Assembly: GCA_965227515.1 (NCBI GenBank)
Contig: CBDDFZ010000001.1
Location: 1,920,001 to 1,984,000, forward strand
DNA from: Alphaproteobacteria bacterium
GTDB taxonomy: Bacteria > Pseudomonadota > Alphaproteobacteria > CALKHQ01
Length of the DNA stretch: 64,000 bases
Direction: 5' to 3'
The notes below the pieces were generated by a model. The model saw only the letters and a list, made by a program, of their open reading frames with translations. It was not told the DNA's origin and ran no database searches. Each line of letters opens with the position of its first letter. The stretch's first letter is position 1. The position numbers were made by a program, and so were the translations under genes. This document shows positions 19,340 through 31,736 of the stretch, piece by piece.

Positions 19340-20008
19340 TCAGGTGCTGGCCGCGCGCAACGCAGCGGCGCCGGCCAGCGGGCAGACCACCATCGACACC
19401 AGCGACACCGCGCCCAGCAGCATCAGGCTCGGCCATGGGTCGAGGCCCAGCGCCGATGCGTCGGCGGCCCCGGCGCCGAAGATCACGACAGGCACATAGA
19501 GTGGCAGCACCAGGAGGACAATGAGCAAACCGCCGCGGCGGGCACCCAGGGTTAGCGCGGCCGCGAGCGCGCCGATCAGCACCAGGGCCGGCGTGCCAAC
19601 CGCCATCGACAGCACCAGCATCGGCAGTGCTGCGCCCTCCATGCCCAGCATCGCGCCCAGCACGGGGGCCAGCGCCACCAGCGGGGCGCTCGCCGACAGC
19701 CAGTGCGCGGCGGCCTTCGCCGCGAATAGCAGCGGCAGCGGCGCGGGCGAGATCAGCAGCAGGTCCAGGCTGCCGTCGCGCCAGTCGTCCATGAACACCC
19801 GGTCCAGCGCGATGGTCGCGGCCAGCACCGCCGACGCCCAGACGATGCCGGGCGCGATGCGCGCAAGCAGCGCCGGCTCCGGCCCCAGCGCGAACGGGAA
19901 CATCAACGTGATCAGCACGAACACCGCAATCGCGGTCATCGCCTCCGAACGGTGGCGCCAGGCCAGGCGCAGGTCGCGCGTCAGCAGCGTGCGGGCCGGC
20001 CCGCTCAT
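19340..20008 (-). CDS. ccmB: heme exporter permease CcmB
   Basis: RDLRLAWR, D.RDGSLDLL, KAAAHW, LVLPLYVPVVIFG. Confidence 0.95.
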   Translation of the reverse strand: MSGPARTLLTRDLRLAWRHRSEAMTAIAVFVLITLMFPFALGPEPALLARIAPGIVWASAVLAATIALDRVFMDDWRDGSLDLLLISPAPLPLLFAAKAAAHWLSASAPLVALAPVLGAMLGMEGAALPMLVLSMAVGTPALVLIGALAAALTLGARRGGLLIVLLVLPLYVPVVIFGAGAADASALGLDPWPSLMLLGAVSLVSMVVCPLAGAAALRAAST

Positions 20009-20021
20009 GCGGATGGCTCGC

Positions 20022-20678
20022 TCATTTGGATGTCCGGCTGAGGTCGATGCTGCGCGCATCGTCCATGGCGACGGCGTCATGGGTGGCGACGACGACGATG
20101 CCGCCGCCGGCCCTGTGCACCGCGATCTCCGCCTCCAGCCGGCCGCGATTGGCCGCGTCCAGCGTTGTCATCGGCTCGTCCAGCAGCCAGAGCCAGGCGC
20201 CGCTGGCGACCAGTTGCGCCAGCGCTGTGCGCCGGGTCTGGCCGGCGGAGAGGTGACGGCCCGGACTGTTGGCGAGGCCGGTCAGATCGAAGGCGGCCAG
20301 CGCCCGGTCGATGGCGGCTGCGTCGCTCGCGCCGGCCAGGCCCGCCGCCACCCTGGCGTTCTCGGCCACCGTCAGGTGCGGTTTCACCGGGTTGCGGTCG
20401 CCGACGAAGCCCAGCGGCACCGCGCGATCCGGCGGCGGGGCCACCAGGATCTCCCCGGCATGGGGCGGCAGCAGCCCGGTCAGGCAGCGCAGCAGCGTCG
20501 TCTTGCCGCAACCGTTGGCGCCGGTCACGATCAGCCCATCGCCCGCTTTGAGCTGCACCTCGAACCCGGTGAACACCGTGCGCCCGCCGCGCCGGCAGGC
20601 GAGGCCCGTCACGCTGAGGCGGGGGTGTCCGGGGTCGGGGGCCGTCGTTGGCGGGGCAGGGGCGTCGGCAACACTCAT
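20022..20678 (-). CDS. ccmA: heme ABC exporter ATPase CcmA
   Basis: Walker A GANGCGKTT, LSAGQ.RR, WLLDEP; real start judged to be ATG 20678. Confidence 0.93.
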   Translation of the reverse strand: MSVADAPAPPTTAPDPGHPRLSVTGLACRRGGRTVFTGFEVQLKAGDGLIVTGANGCGKTTLLRCLTGLLPPHAGEILVAPPPDRAVPLGFVGDRNPVKPHLTVAENARVAAGLAGASDAAAIDRALAAFDLTGLANSPGRHLSAGQTRRTALAQLVASGAWLWLLDEPMTTLDAANRGRLEAEIAVHRAGGGIVVVATHDAVAMDDARSIDLSRTSK

Positions 20679-20958
20679 GGCGGCGGAGCATACCGTGTGG
20701 CCCGGCGCGCGCCACGGCCAAAAAAGACCCGCCAGCGCGCGGCCGGCGGGCGACAGGGTTGTGTGATAAGGAGGCTTGACCGAAGGGGTTTCGGTCCTGG
20801 AGTACCGAGGCGTCCTGCCGCGGCGCTCCAATGCCAGGCCAAAGCCCGACGCTTGCAACCTCGTTGGCGCGCGCGGCGGGATTTGGACGAGTATTTGGCA
20901 ATTTCGTGGCAGCCCAACACCGCTGCGTGAAGGTGCTGAGAAAAGGCTCAATATCTGC

Positions 20959-21137
20959 CGTCGCCCTCGCCCTTGTGGCGAGGGCCCATTTGAGTCCCAT
21001 GCGTTGCTGCTCGGCATGTCGATCACGGTCGTTATTGGCCGTCGGCCAACATCCATGTTGCACGGGGACCGAGCAAAGCAGGGCGCTGATCGCGATCGAC
21101 CCATCCATGGGTCCTCGCCACAAGGGCGAGGACGACG
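20959..21137. repeat. inverted-repeat element family B, copy 1
   Basis: About 30-bp arms GTCGCCCTCGCCCTTGTGGCGAGGGCCCAT in inverted orientation; second copy at 49745-49919. Confidence 0.88.
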
Positions 21138-21192
21138 AAGTGCTTGTTGGTGGTGAGAGATCCGCTTGTCGTCAGCCGGAGGCTGGAAAGCC

Positions 21193-22077
21193 CTAAGCCT
21201 CGTCAAAGTGCGCGAAGGTGGCAGCCATGCGCTCTGGGTCCGGGACCAGCCCGGTGAACAGGTGGAACGCGCGCGCGGCCTGGTGGATCGCCATGCCGGC
21301 GCCGGAGAGCACCCGGCAGCCGCGCGTCCGCGCCGCCGCCAGCAACTCGGTCTCCAGCGGCACGTAGACGACATCGGCCACCCAGAGGTCCGGGCGCAGC
21401 AGCGCCGGGTCGACCGGCATGCCCGGCGCCTGGGTCATGCCGACCGGGGTCGCGTTGACCAGGCCGTCGACACCCGATGCCAGCGCGGACGCGATATCGT
21501 CTGAGGCCTCCACCCGGGCCGCCGGCCGGTTCGCCACGACCTTGGCCGCCAGCGCCTCGGCCCTGGCGCCATCCATGTCGTGGATCAGAAGCCGGGCGAC
21601 GCCGCAGTCGACCAGCGCGTGGGCGACCGCCGCGCCCGCGCCGCCGGCGCCGACCAGCAGCACGCTATCGGTCGCCGCGTCCGCCATGTTGCGGCGGAAA
21701 TTCTCGGCGAAGCCCCACAGGTCGGTGTTGTGGCCGATGCGCTGGCTATCGCGGAACACGATGGTGTTCACCGCGCCCAGCGCGGCGGCATCCGCCGACA
21801 TGTCGTCGAGCAGTGCCACCGCCTCGATCTTGAACGGAAAGGTGACGTTCAGCCCAGCAAAGCCGCCGTCCTCGGCAGACCGCACGATCTCGGCGAGCGG
21901 CTGGCCGGCCCACGCCGGCGTGGCCACGTCGAACAGGTCATAGGTGTAGGCGAGGCCGTGGGCGGCGCCCTCCGCCATGTGCATCGCCGGCGAGCGCGAG
22001 CGCAAGATGCCACGGCCGACGAGGCCGACCCGCAAGCCGGCACCCCGGCTGGTTTCGCTGCTTTGTTGCGGTGTCAT
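21193..22077 (-). CDS. aroE: shikimate (quinate) dehydrogenase
   Basis: SRSPAMH, GLNVTFPFK, GAVNTI, NTD, GAGGAG, NATPVGM, DVVY.PLET. Confidence 0.9.
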   Translation of the reverse strand: MTPQQSSETSRGAGLRVGLVGRGILRSRSPAMHMAEGAAHGLAYTYDLFDVATPAWAGQPLAEIVRSAEDGGFAGLNVTFPFKIEAVALLDDMSADAAALGAVNTIVFRDSQRIGHNTDLWGFAENFRRNMADAATDSVLLVGAGGAGAAVAHALVDCGVARLLIHDMDGARAEALAAKVVANRPAARVEASDDIASALASGVDGLVNATPVGMTQAPGMPVDPALLRPDLWVADVVYVPLETELLAAARTRGCRVLSGAGMAIHQAARAFHLFTGLVPDPERMAATFAHFDEA

Positions 22078-22365
22078 GTGGTGGGTCGTCGTCTCGGGCG
22101 CGCCGCACAGTGCGACTCGCGACACCATTACCTGCTGATTACCGGCGGCGGATAGGGTATATCGCCGACATCGCTGCCCTATCTAACACTTCGTGGCCGC
22201 AAGGCCATGGAGATCCTAGCGGATGGCGCGCCGTCGGCGACGTCCCCCGGCACCGAGGATCGGCGCCTGGACGATACGATTGCCCGGCAGTGCGCCGTCC
22301 AGCCGCGCCGCGAACCCCATCGCGCGCACATCCATACGACTACTGACCATTGCGGGAGACTACCA

Positions 22366-25113
<2,748 letters not shown>

Positions 25114-25148
25114 ATGACGGCCGGCGTCCGCCGGCCACGCCGACCATT

Positions 25149-25424
25149 TTGATATTCGAGACGCGGGCGGCGGCGCAGCGCGCCGTCGTCGCCATCGACG
25201 ACATGGGCCGGCGCCTGCTGGCCGACATGGGCTACAGCTTCGCCGATGTTGAGGCGGCACACCGCCAGCCATGGGACGTGCCGACCCAGGCGCCGACCGG
25301 GGTGTGGTACATCGCGTCGCCGCGCGACCGGTTCTCGGTCTATGCCGACGATCTGCTGGAGGGCGTGGACGGCCGCGAGATCGAGATGCCGCCGGAATGG
25401 CGGGGCAGCCAGTCCCTGCAATAG
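25149..25424 (+). CDS. hypothetical protein
   Basis: Open frame with host-like GC3 usage filling the gap after acnA; start uncertain. Confidence 0.55.
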   Translation: MIFETRAAAQRAVVAIDDMGRRLLADMGYSFADVEAAHRQPWDVPTQAPTGVWYIASPRDRFSVYADDLLEGVDGREIEMPPEWRGSQSLQ

Positions 25425-25425
25425 G

Positions 25426-25698
25426 TCAGTCCGCGTCGTCCCCGGGCTTGCGGGTGCGCGTGAACAGATAGCCCGCATGGGCCAGGCAGAGCCCTGCCAG
25501 TACACCGCCAAGAATGACGTAGAAGCTATCCGCGCGGATGGTCATGCCGAGATTGCCGGCGACTTGCTGCGCGATGGCGCCCACGAACATGCCGACGGTC
25601 CCGCCCGCCACCAGCCATTTGTGGTGCGGGCCGACATATTTCACGCGTTCAAACCTGCCGATTCTTCGCTTCGGCACCTTTAGAGCACGCTTTTGCAT
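25426..25698 (-). CDS. hypothetical small membrane protein (2 TM)
   Basis: GGAGGA RBS upstream; basic N-terminus and two hydrophobic helices. Confidence 0.65.
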   Translation of the reverse strand: MQKRALKVPKRRIGRFERVKYVGPHHKWLVAGGTVGMFVGAIAQQVAGNLGMTIRADSFYVILGGVLAGLCLAHAGYLFTRTRKPGDDAD

Positions 25699-25788
25699 CT
25701 CGGTTTCCTCCGACGTTTCTTGCCGAAGGTGTCGCGCGCGCCGGTGAAAATGTTCATGCCGGCGCGACGCAACAGGTAGTTAGATCGG

Positions 25789-25900
25789 GATCAGCTTACG
25801 CTGAAGCCTGCGCCAGCCCTCTCCCCCACCCGGCCGCCCAATGACAGTATCCTAATGGGCGGCCGGGTGGGGGAGAGGGCCGGAGCAGGCTTGAATGATC
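25789..25900. repeat. intergenic palindromic repeat family A, copy 2
   Basis: GATCAGCTTA.GCTGAA leader shared with copy 1, then long GC-rich stem. Confidence 0.85.
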
Positions 25901-25905
25901 ATGCG

Positions 25906-26568
25906 CTAGTACTGCACCGTGTGGTCGTCCAGCACGGCGATGCCGACGAACCGGCCGTCGTCGTTGAAGGTCATGCGGATCAGCCGGTAGTTGGTTTCCG
26001 GCAGCATGCCGGCCTCTTCCTGGTACCAAAACGTGGCGACGACATCGCCGTTCGGCTGCACCTCGGCGGTGGGCGGCACGAACGCAGGCGCGCCGTCGAC
26101 CTCGAAGTCCTCGCCGCCGCTGGACCTGACGGTAACGAACCCATACGGGCCGAAGTCGATCCACTCCAGCACCAGGGCTGCGCGGGTGGCGGCATCGGCA
26201 TCGTCCCACCCGCGGCTAGCCAGAACCGGTGCGGCGGCCGCCTCGTCCGACAGCCAGTCGCCGTCGACGTAGACCAGGTCCAGCATGCAGCCGCGGTCGT
26301 GGGCGAACAGCCCGACGATGGCCACGCCCGGGAAGTCGTCGTCGGTGTTGATGCAGACGTCGCGTGCATCGAGATCGTCGTAGCGGCTGGCCGCCTCGTA
26401 GGAGCCCAGCACCGCCTCGTCGTCGTTGACGTCGAGCGCGCTTGCCCCGCCGACCACGGTGACGCAGGCCACCAGCACGGCGCCGGCGGACAGGCCGACG
26501 ATCACCGGCAGGCGCTCGCGCGCACTGGGGCGGACCCGCTTGCCGTCCAGGTTCTGTCGTTCGTTCAT
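25906..26568 (-). CDS. hypothetical exported acidic protein
   Basis: AAGGAAG RBS, hydrophobic leader ending ASA, acidic mature part with two Cys. Confidence 0.65.
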   Translation of the reverse strand: MNERQNLDGKRVRPSARERLPVIVGLSAGAVLVACVTVVGGASALDVNDDEAVLGSYEAASRYDDLDARDVCINTDDDFPGVAIVGLFAHDRGCMLDLVYVDGDWLSDEAAAAPVLASRGWDDADAATRAALVLEWIDFGPYGFVTVRSSGGEDFEVDGAPAFVPPTAEVQPNGDVVATFWYQEEAGMLPETNYRLIRMTFNDDGRFVGIAVLDDHTVQY

Positions 26569-26714
26569 GGCGTTATCTTCCTTGTCATCAGCGGCGCCGG
26601 GGCCATTATGGTCCGCGCGATGCAGCAAAACCACACGCAACGTCGCACCGGCTCTGGCCAAGTTGCGTCCGACAACTGGCAACGCAGCATGGCAAATCTG
26701 CGGCAGCGGGTGTG

Positions 26715-27470
26715 ATGACCGACATACTGGACTATCTGCTCAGCGCCACGCCGGCGGTGATCGTGCTGGCGTTGGTGGCCTGGCTGGCGGCGCCGCGCAA
26801 GCGGGGCGGCACCGGGCGGCTGACCCGGTTCTGCCTGTTGTTGATCTGGCTGCCGTTGCTGGTGCTGAGCCTGCCGCCGGTGGCGGACTTGCTGACGGCG
26901 CCGTTGGCCGGTGGCGCCCCCGCGCCCGACGCCGCGAACCCGCCCGACCTGATCATCGTGCCCACCGCCGGGGTCTATCGGGTGGACGGCGACCGCTGGT
27001 ATCCGAGTACGACCTCGATTGCCCGCACCGCCACCGCATTGGAACAGCAGGCGGCGTGGCCGGTGCCCATCGTCATCTCCGGCGGCAACCCCGACGACGG
27101 CCCGCCGGAAAGCCGCACCATCGCGGAGGGCATGCAACTGGTGATCGACGATGCGCTGATGATCGAGACCGAATCGCGGAACACGGCGGATACCGGCGCC
27201 AACGTCGCGGCGATCGCGGAGGCGTTCGCGGTACGGCACGTGCTGCTGGTGACCAGCGACAGCCACATGATGCGCGCGGCCGCGTCGCTGCGGCACTTCG
27301 GGCTTGAGGTCTCGGGCGTGGTTGCGGTGGCGCCGCAAGGGCCGGAGGGGCTGCTAGACGGTATCCTGCCGTCGCGCGATGCGCTGGAGGCGTCGATGGT
27401 CGCCATCCGCGAATACATCGGCATCGTCTTCTATCTGGTTGATGGGCGCATCGACATGGACGATCTTTGA
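26715..27470 (+). CDS. YdcF/DUF218 (ElyC-like) family protein
   Basis: IVISGG, E..SRNT, LLVTS..HM.RA, REYIG; N-terminal TMs. Confidence 0.88.
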   Translation: MTDILDYLLSATPAVIVLALVAWLAAPRKRGGTGRLTRFCLLLIWLPLLVLSLPPVADLLTAPLAGGAPAPDAANPPDLIIVPTAGVYRVDGDRWYPSTTSIARTATALEQQAAWPVPIVISGGNPDDGPPESRTIAEGMQLVIDDALMIETESRNTADTGANVAAIAEAFAVRHVLLVTSDSHMMRAAASLRHFGLEVSGVVAVAPQGPEGLLDGILPSRDALEASMVAIREYIGIVFYLVDGRIDMDDL

Positions 27471-27583
27471 TCGCCCGCCCGCATGCCGATTTGCGCAACG
27501 ACCGTTCCAACTCTGTCGCAGGGTTAATTTGCCCGGCCGGAATCGGCCTGCCATTCATTGGGGGTGCCGTGAATCGCAACGGC

Positions 27584-27599
27584 TTAAGCCGCCCTTAAC
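27584..27599. promoter_or_regulatory. CtrA binding site (TTAA-N7-TTAAC)
   Basis: TTAA GCCGCCC TTAAC is an exact consensus match; GANTC sites at 27540 and 27571. Confidence 0.7.
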
Positions 27600-27661
27600 C
27601 ATGTTCGGCCAGCAATGGCCCGGAGCATCAAAAGGCCCAAGCACCCGACGGAGCATCCTTC

Positions 27662-28042
27662 ATGCGACTTGCCTGCCTGCGCACCTTGGCTGGATTTTCG
27701 ACCGCCCTTCGCCTCGTTTTCGTGGCAGGGGCAATACTGGCGGTCAGCGCATGCGCATCGCAGAACGGACCGGAGGCGGGCGGACTGTCGGCCACCGACC
27801 AGATGATCGCGGGGGCTGCGATCCAGGTCGCTCTGTCGTCGACCGATGTCGGCGAGGTCTATGTCTGGAACAACCCGGCCAACGGCACCAACGGCATCGT
27901 GTCGCCGACCCGCAAGTTCACCGGGTCCGACGGCCATGACTGCGCCGAGTTCCGCGCAACGATGACGGCCGGCGCCGGCACGCAGTCCATGGACCACACG
28001 GCGTGCCAGAATGCCGAGGGCGCCTGGGTCCCGGCCTCCTAA
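27662..28042 (+). CDS. 17-kDa surface antigen-like (RT0821/Lpp0805 family) lipoprotein
   Basis: Lipobox VSAC, W.NP..G..G.V.P, C.EF, TAC....G.W. Confidence 0.8.
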   Translation: MRLACLRTLAGFSTALRLVFVAGAILAVSACASQNGPEAGGLSATDQMIAGAAIQVALSSTDVGEVYVWNNPANGTNGIVSPTRKFTGSDGHDCAEFRATMTAGAGTQSMDHTACQNAEGAWVPAS

Positions 28043-28999
28043 TCATCTCATCTTGGGGCCGGCTTTCTCGCCAGCCGGTCGTTCATCGGTATCCAAAGCA
28101 TCGGCCAGGCGGGTGCGGGCAGAGCCCGGGCGCAGCGGTTGCTGCTGGCTCGGTGCCGGCGCCCAGCCATGCAGGAACATGACCTCGAAGGTCGCCGGGA
28201 TCGTGCCGTCCGGCTGCGCGAACTCCTGCGCATAGAGCTCGGCCGCGCGCTGTACCGTGGCGCGGGTCAGAGGCGTCCTGGGACGCGCCGCCATCGCGTT
28301 GGTCTGGCCCATGCCGCGCAAGTCGCGCATCAGGGCGATGGGATCGGCGTAGGTGACGGTGATTTCCTCGGAATCGACCACCGGCAGCGCGAACCCCGCC
28401 CGTTGCATCAGGCCGCCCAGATCGCGCAGGTCCGCGAACGGCGACACCCGCATGCGCGCACCGCCGCGGGTTTCCGCCTCCGCCGCCACCAGGCAGGCGC
28501 GCAGCTCATGCAAGGTCGCGCCGCCGGCCAGCGCAGCCAGCAGCAGACCGTCCGGCCGCAACATGCGGCGGAGCTGGATCAGCGCGCCCGGCAGGTCGTT
28601 GACCCAGTGCAGCGCCATGTTGCTGACGATCAGGTCGAACGCGCCATCGGCGAATGGCGGCATCGCCTCGTCCGCCACCACGCGCAGGCCGCCCGCGTGA
28701 AGTCTGTTCAGCATGGCCGCGCTGGCATCGGTGCGCACGATGCTGGCATCCGCCAGTGCCGGCGCCGTGCCATCGAACAGGCTGAGCCCGTGACAGCCGA
28801 GATCGAGCGCGCAGGTGAATGTGCGCGAGATATCGGCCAGCCGGTCGACAAGCCGGTCCCCCACCTCGCGCACCAGGAAGTCGTGGCGCGCGAAATTGGT
28901 GGCGGCACGGCTGCGGCGCAGGCGCAGAAGGTGCGGGTCGAACACCTCTAACTGGTCGATTTGGGGCCGGTCGCTGGCGGGTATTTCTGGGTTGGGCAT
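28043..28999 (-). CDS. SAM-dependent methyltransferase, NDUFAF5/BioC-like
   Basis: ALDLGC, LHWVNDLPG, RVSPF, LMQRAGFALPVVD, DLRGMG, ATFE; divergent from the ComF gene. Confidence 0.9.
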   Translation of the reverse strand: MPNPEIPASDRPQIDQLEVFDPHLLRLRRSRAATNFARHDFLVREVGDRLVDRLADISRTFTCALDLGCHGLSLFDGTAPALADASIVRTDASAAMLNRLHAGGLRVVADEAMPPFADGAFDLIVSNMALHWVNDLPGALIQLRRMLRPDGLLLAALAGGATLHELRACLVAAEAETRGGARMRVSPFADLRDLGGLMQRAGFALPVVDSEEITVTYADPIALMRDLRGMGQTNAMAARPRTPLTRATVQRAAELYAQEFAQPDGTIPATFEVMFLHGWAPAPSQQQPLRPGSARTRLADALDTDERPAGEKAGPKMR

Positions 29000-29055
29000 G
29001 GGCGGATGGTACACTGTCGGGCGACAATGCGCCCTCGCCAACCACAGGGGTTCGC

Positions 29056-29826
29056 GTGAACACCCATCCGCTGCGTCGCCTGGCCGATACCGCGCTCGAT
29101 CTGGTGCTGCCGAACCGCTGTGTCGGCTGTGGCGACGTGATCGGCGCCGACGGGGCGCTTTGCGCCGGCTGCTTTCGCGCGCTGGAGTTCGTGGCCGAGC
29201 CCTGTTGCGCCACCTGCGGCATCACGTTCGCCTACGAGATGGCGGGTCCGGCCACGGGCGGTCTTGCTGACGACGACGCGGCGGTCTGCGGGGCGTGCGC
29301 CGCCCGGCCGCCGGCCTTCCACGCGGCGCGCGCGGCCCTGGTCTACAACGATCTGGCGCGCAAGCTGGTGGTGGGCTTCAAGCACGCCGACCAGACCCAT
29401 CTGGTCGCGGCCCTGGCCGGCTGGGTCGAGCAGGCGGCGTCAACGCTGATCGGCCGCGCGGACGTGCTGGTGCCGGTGCCGCTGCACCGCCGCCGGCTGT
29501 TCGCGCGCCGCTTCAACCAGTCCGCACTGCTGGCCGCGCGCCTGTCGCGCAGCACGGCGGTGCCATGGCTTCCTGACGTGCTGGTGCGGGTGCGCGCAAC
29601 CCCGTCACAGGGCCACCTGAACGCGGTCCAGCGCCGCCGTAACGTGCGCCGTGCCTTTCAGGTGCGCGCGGCGCGGCGCGAAGCGATTGCCGGCGCGCAC
29701 GTGCTTTTGATCGACGACGTGCTGACCACAGGTGCCACCCTGGATGCCTGCGCGGAGACGCTGTTGGCGGCCGGCGCTGCGCGGGTGGAGGCCGCGACGG
29801 TGGCCCGCGTGATCCTGGCGGATTGA
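29056..29826 (+). CDS. ComF family protein (Zn ribbon + phosphoribosyltransferase)
   Basis: Four CxxC pairs, VPVPLH, RRFNQS, LIDDVLTTGAT. Confidence 0.93.
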   Translation: MNTHPLRRLADTALDLVLPNRCVGCGDVIGADGALCAGCFRALEFVAEPCCATCGITFAYEMAGPATGGLADDDAAVCGACAARPPAFHAARAALVYNDLARKLVVGFKHADQTHLVAALAGWVEQAASTLIGRADVLVPVPLHRRRLFARRFNQSALLAARLSRSTAVPWLPDVLVRVRATPSQGHLNAVQRRRNVRRAFQVRAARREAIAGAHVLLIDDVLTTGATLDACAETLLAAGAARVEAATVARVILAD

Positions 29827-29911
29827 GCGGTGCTTGCGATCCGGTCTTGCACGCCGCCGTTATGGCAGCATATTTGACCCAACCGTTCCGTTTTCCTTTC
29901 CGGAGGCCGCA

Positions 29912-30169
29912 TTGGCGAAGGTCGAGATCTACACCACAATGTTCTGCCCGTACTGCCACCGGGCCAAGCGCTTGCTGAATGACAAGGGCGTCGACTTCGT
30001 GGAGTACGACGTCACGTCGGACCGCCAGACCCGCATCGCCATGACGGAACGGGCGGATGGCCGGCGCACGGTGCCGCAGATCTTCATCGACGATGTCGGT
30101 ATTGGCGGCAGCGACGAGTTGGCCGCGCTGGAGCGCGCCGGACGGCTGGATGCCTTGCTGGGCGCGTGA
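29912..30169 (+). CDS. grxC: glutaredoxin 3
   Basis: CPYC, TVPQIFI, GG.D; TTG start after GGAGG. Confidence 0.95.
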   Translation: MAKVEIYTTMFCPYCHRAKRLLNDKGVDFVEYDVTSDRQTRIAMTERADGRRTVPQIFIDDVGIGGSDELAALERAGRLDALLGA

Positions 30170-30987
30170 GCGGGCTTTCGAACAGCGCCGCGGCGCATGG
30201 GGTGGGTGCGGCCGATCTGGATCGCGCGCTCGATGACATCGTCGATATCGCGCTTGCCGCCGGCCGCGCCATCATGACGATCTACGAGGCCGGGCCCACC
30301 GCTGCCGAGGACAAGGCCGACGGCTCGCCGGTGACCGCCGCCGACCGCGCCGCCGATGCGGTGATCCGCGACCGGCTGATCGCAGCATGGCCCGATGTGG
30401 CGCTGATCACGGAGGAAAGCGTCGACGAGGCCGGCCCGGCGCTGGCGGCGATGGCGCGCGGCGAAGACTTCTGGCTGGTCGACCCGTTGGACGGCACCAA
30501 GGAGTACATCGCCCGCAATGGCGAGTTCACCGTCAACATCGCGCTGGTGCAGGCGGGCACGCCGAAGCTGGGCGTTGTGCACGCACCCGCTCTGAAGCGT
30601 ACCTACGCCGGCATCGTCGGTGTCGGCGCCTGGACGGTGGCGGCGGACGGCACCCGCAGGCCCATCGCGGCGCGCACGCCACCGGATGACGGCCTCGTCG
30701 TCGTCGGCAGCCGGCGTCATGGCGACCCGGCCCTGATGGACGCGGCCCTGGCCGGCCGCAAGGTCGCCGAGCAGCGCTCCATCGGCAGCTCGCTGAAGTT
30801 CACCCTGCTCGCCGAGGGCACGGCCGACGTCTATCCGCGCTTCGGCCCGACCATGGAGTGGGACACCGCCGCCGGCCATGCGGTGCTGCTGGCGGCCGGC
30901 GGCCGGGTGCTGAACAACGACGGCACCCCGCTCGCCTATGCCAAGCCGGACCTGCGCAACCCGCACTTCATCGCCTGGGGCGAGTGA
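30166..30987 (+). CDS. cysQ: 3'(2'),5'-bisphosphate nucleotidase
   Basis: SPVTAAD, WLVDPLDGTKEY, GEFTVNIAL, GSSLKF, YPRFGPTMEWDTAAG. Confidence 0.95.
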   Translation: MSGLSNSAAAHGVGAADLDRALDDIVDIALAAGRAIMTIYEAGPTAAEDKADGSPVTAADRAADAVIRDRLIAAWPDVALITEESVDEAGPALAAMARGEDFWLVDPLDGTKEYIARNGEFTVNIALVQAGTPKLGVVHAPALKRTYAGIVGVGAWTVAADGTRRPIAARTPPDDGLVVVGSRRHGDPALMDAALAGRKVAEQRSIGSSLKFTLLAEGTADVYPRFGPTMEWDTAAGHAVLLAAGGRVLNNDGTPLAYAKPDLRNPHFIAWGE

Positions 30988-31002
30988 TCGCGCACTGGGT
31001 CC

Positions 31003-31371
31003 CTATGCATCGCTCAACGCCGAGCGGCAGGCGTCCTCAAGCACTGAAAGGTGCTGGGAGACTACGGTCCAAATCTTGTCTACCGAGATGTTGTCGTAGT
31101 CGTGCCGGAGTATGTTGCCGATTCCCTTGATTGCGCTCCAGTCGACATGCTCGGCAATGGAGGACAGTTCAAAGTCCGGTGTAAGTCTCCGCTCGAACTT
31201 CTCCAGCTTGCGCACAGCTTCGCTAATATTGAGCAAAGCACGCTCCACTTCATATTGTGCCTTGATATCTGAACGGTAGGTCTCAAGCGTCTGATCAGTG
31301 ATGAATGAGCCTATGCGTTCAATTTCACCGATAATTGCGGCGAGGTAATAATTCCTAGAAGATTCGGACAT
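31003..31371 (-). CDS. HepT-like HEPN (DUF86) toxin
   Basis: VERAL.NISEA, W..IKGIGNILRHDY, IW; overlaps the upstream nucleotidyltransferase gene; visibly lower GC. Confidence 0.88.
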   Translation of the reverse strand: MSESSRNYYLAAIIGEIERIGSFITDQTLETYRSDIKAQYEVERALLNISEAVRKLEKFERRLTPDFELSSIAEHVDWSAIKGIGNILRHDYDNISVDKIWTVVSQHLSVLEDACRSALSDA

Positions 31372-31654
31372 GCTCGCGCGTAAAGTTTTGGCTGACATGG
31401 GGTGCCAGCCGGCTTTCGTCTGCCAGATCGAAATTGTCCGTGCCAAGACAACGCTCGATGGCGGCTGCGACGCCGCCGAGATCCATCAGGTCCTTGACGA
31501 TTTCATCATCGTACAATGCCGCAAGGTCAATATCGGAGCCTGGCTCGCTGTCGCCGCGCACTGAGGACCCAAAAACTGCCAAACTGCGCACGCCCAATCG
31601 CTGCAGTTCGACGCGGCCATTCCTCAATTTGGTGATGATCTGATCGCGATCCAT
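31355..31654 (-). CDS. minimal nucleotidyltransferase (MntA-like) antitoxin
   Basis: LAVFGSSVRGDSEPGSDIDL = GSx10DxD. Confidence 0.9.
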   Translation of the reverse strand: MDRDQIITKLRNGRVELQRLGVRSLAVFGSSVRGDSEPGSDIDLAALYDDEIVKDLMDLGGVAAAIERCLGTDNFDLADESRLAPHVSQNFTREHVRIF

Positions 31655-31736
31655 GGCGAAAATAGTGCCACAGATGCCGCGATTGCGCCAACAGTGCACT
31701 ATCGAGCGGTCTGATAGTGAGAGGGAGGGTAGCGCA

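Noticed and set aside
20740-20955. Possible ncRNA or riboswitch upstream of ccmA
   Set aside because: No recognisable family motif or terminator; a lone CTGAGA is not enough for a TPP riboswitch
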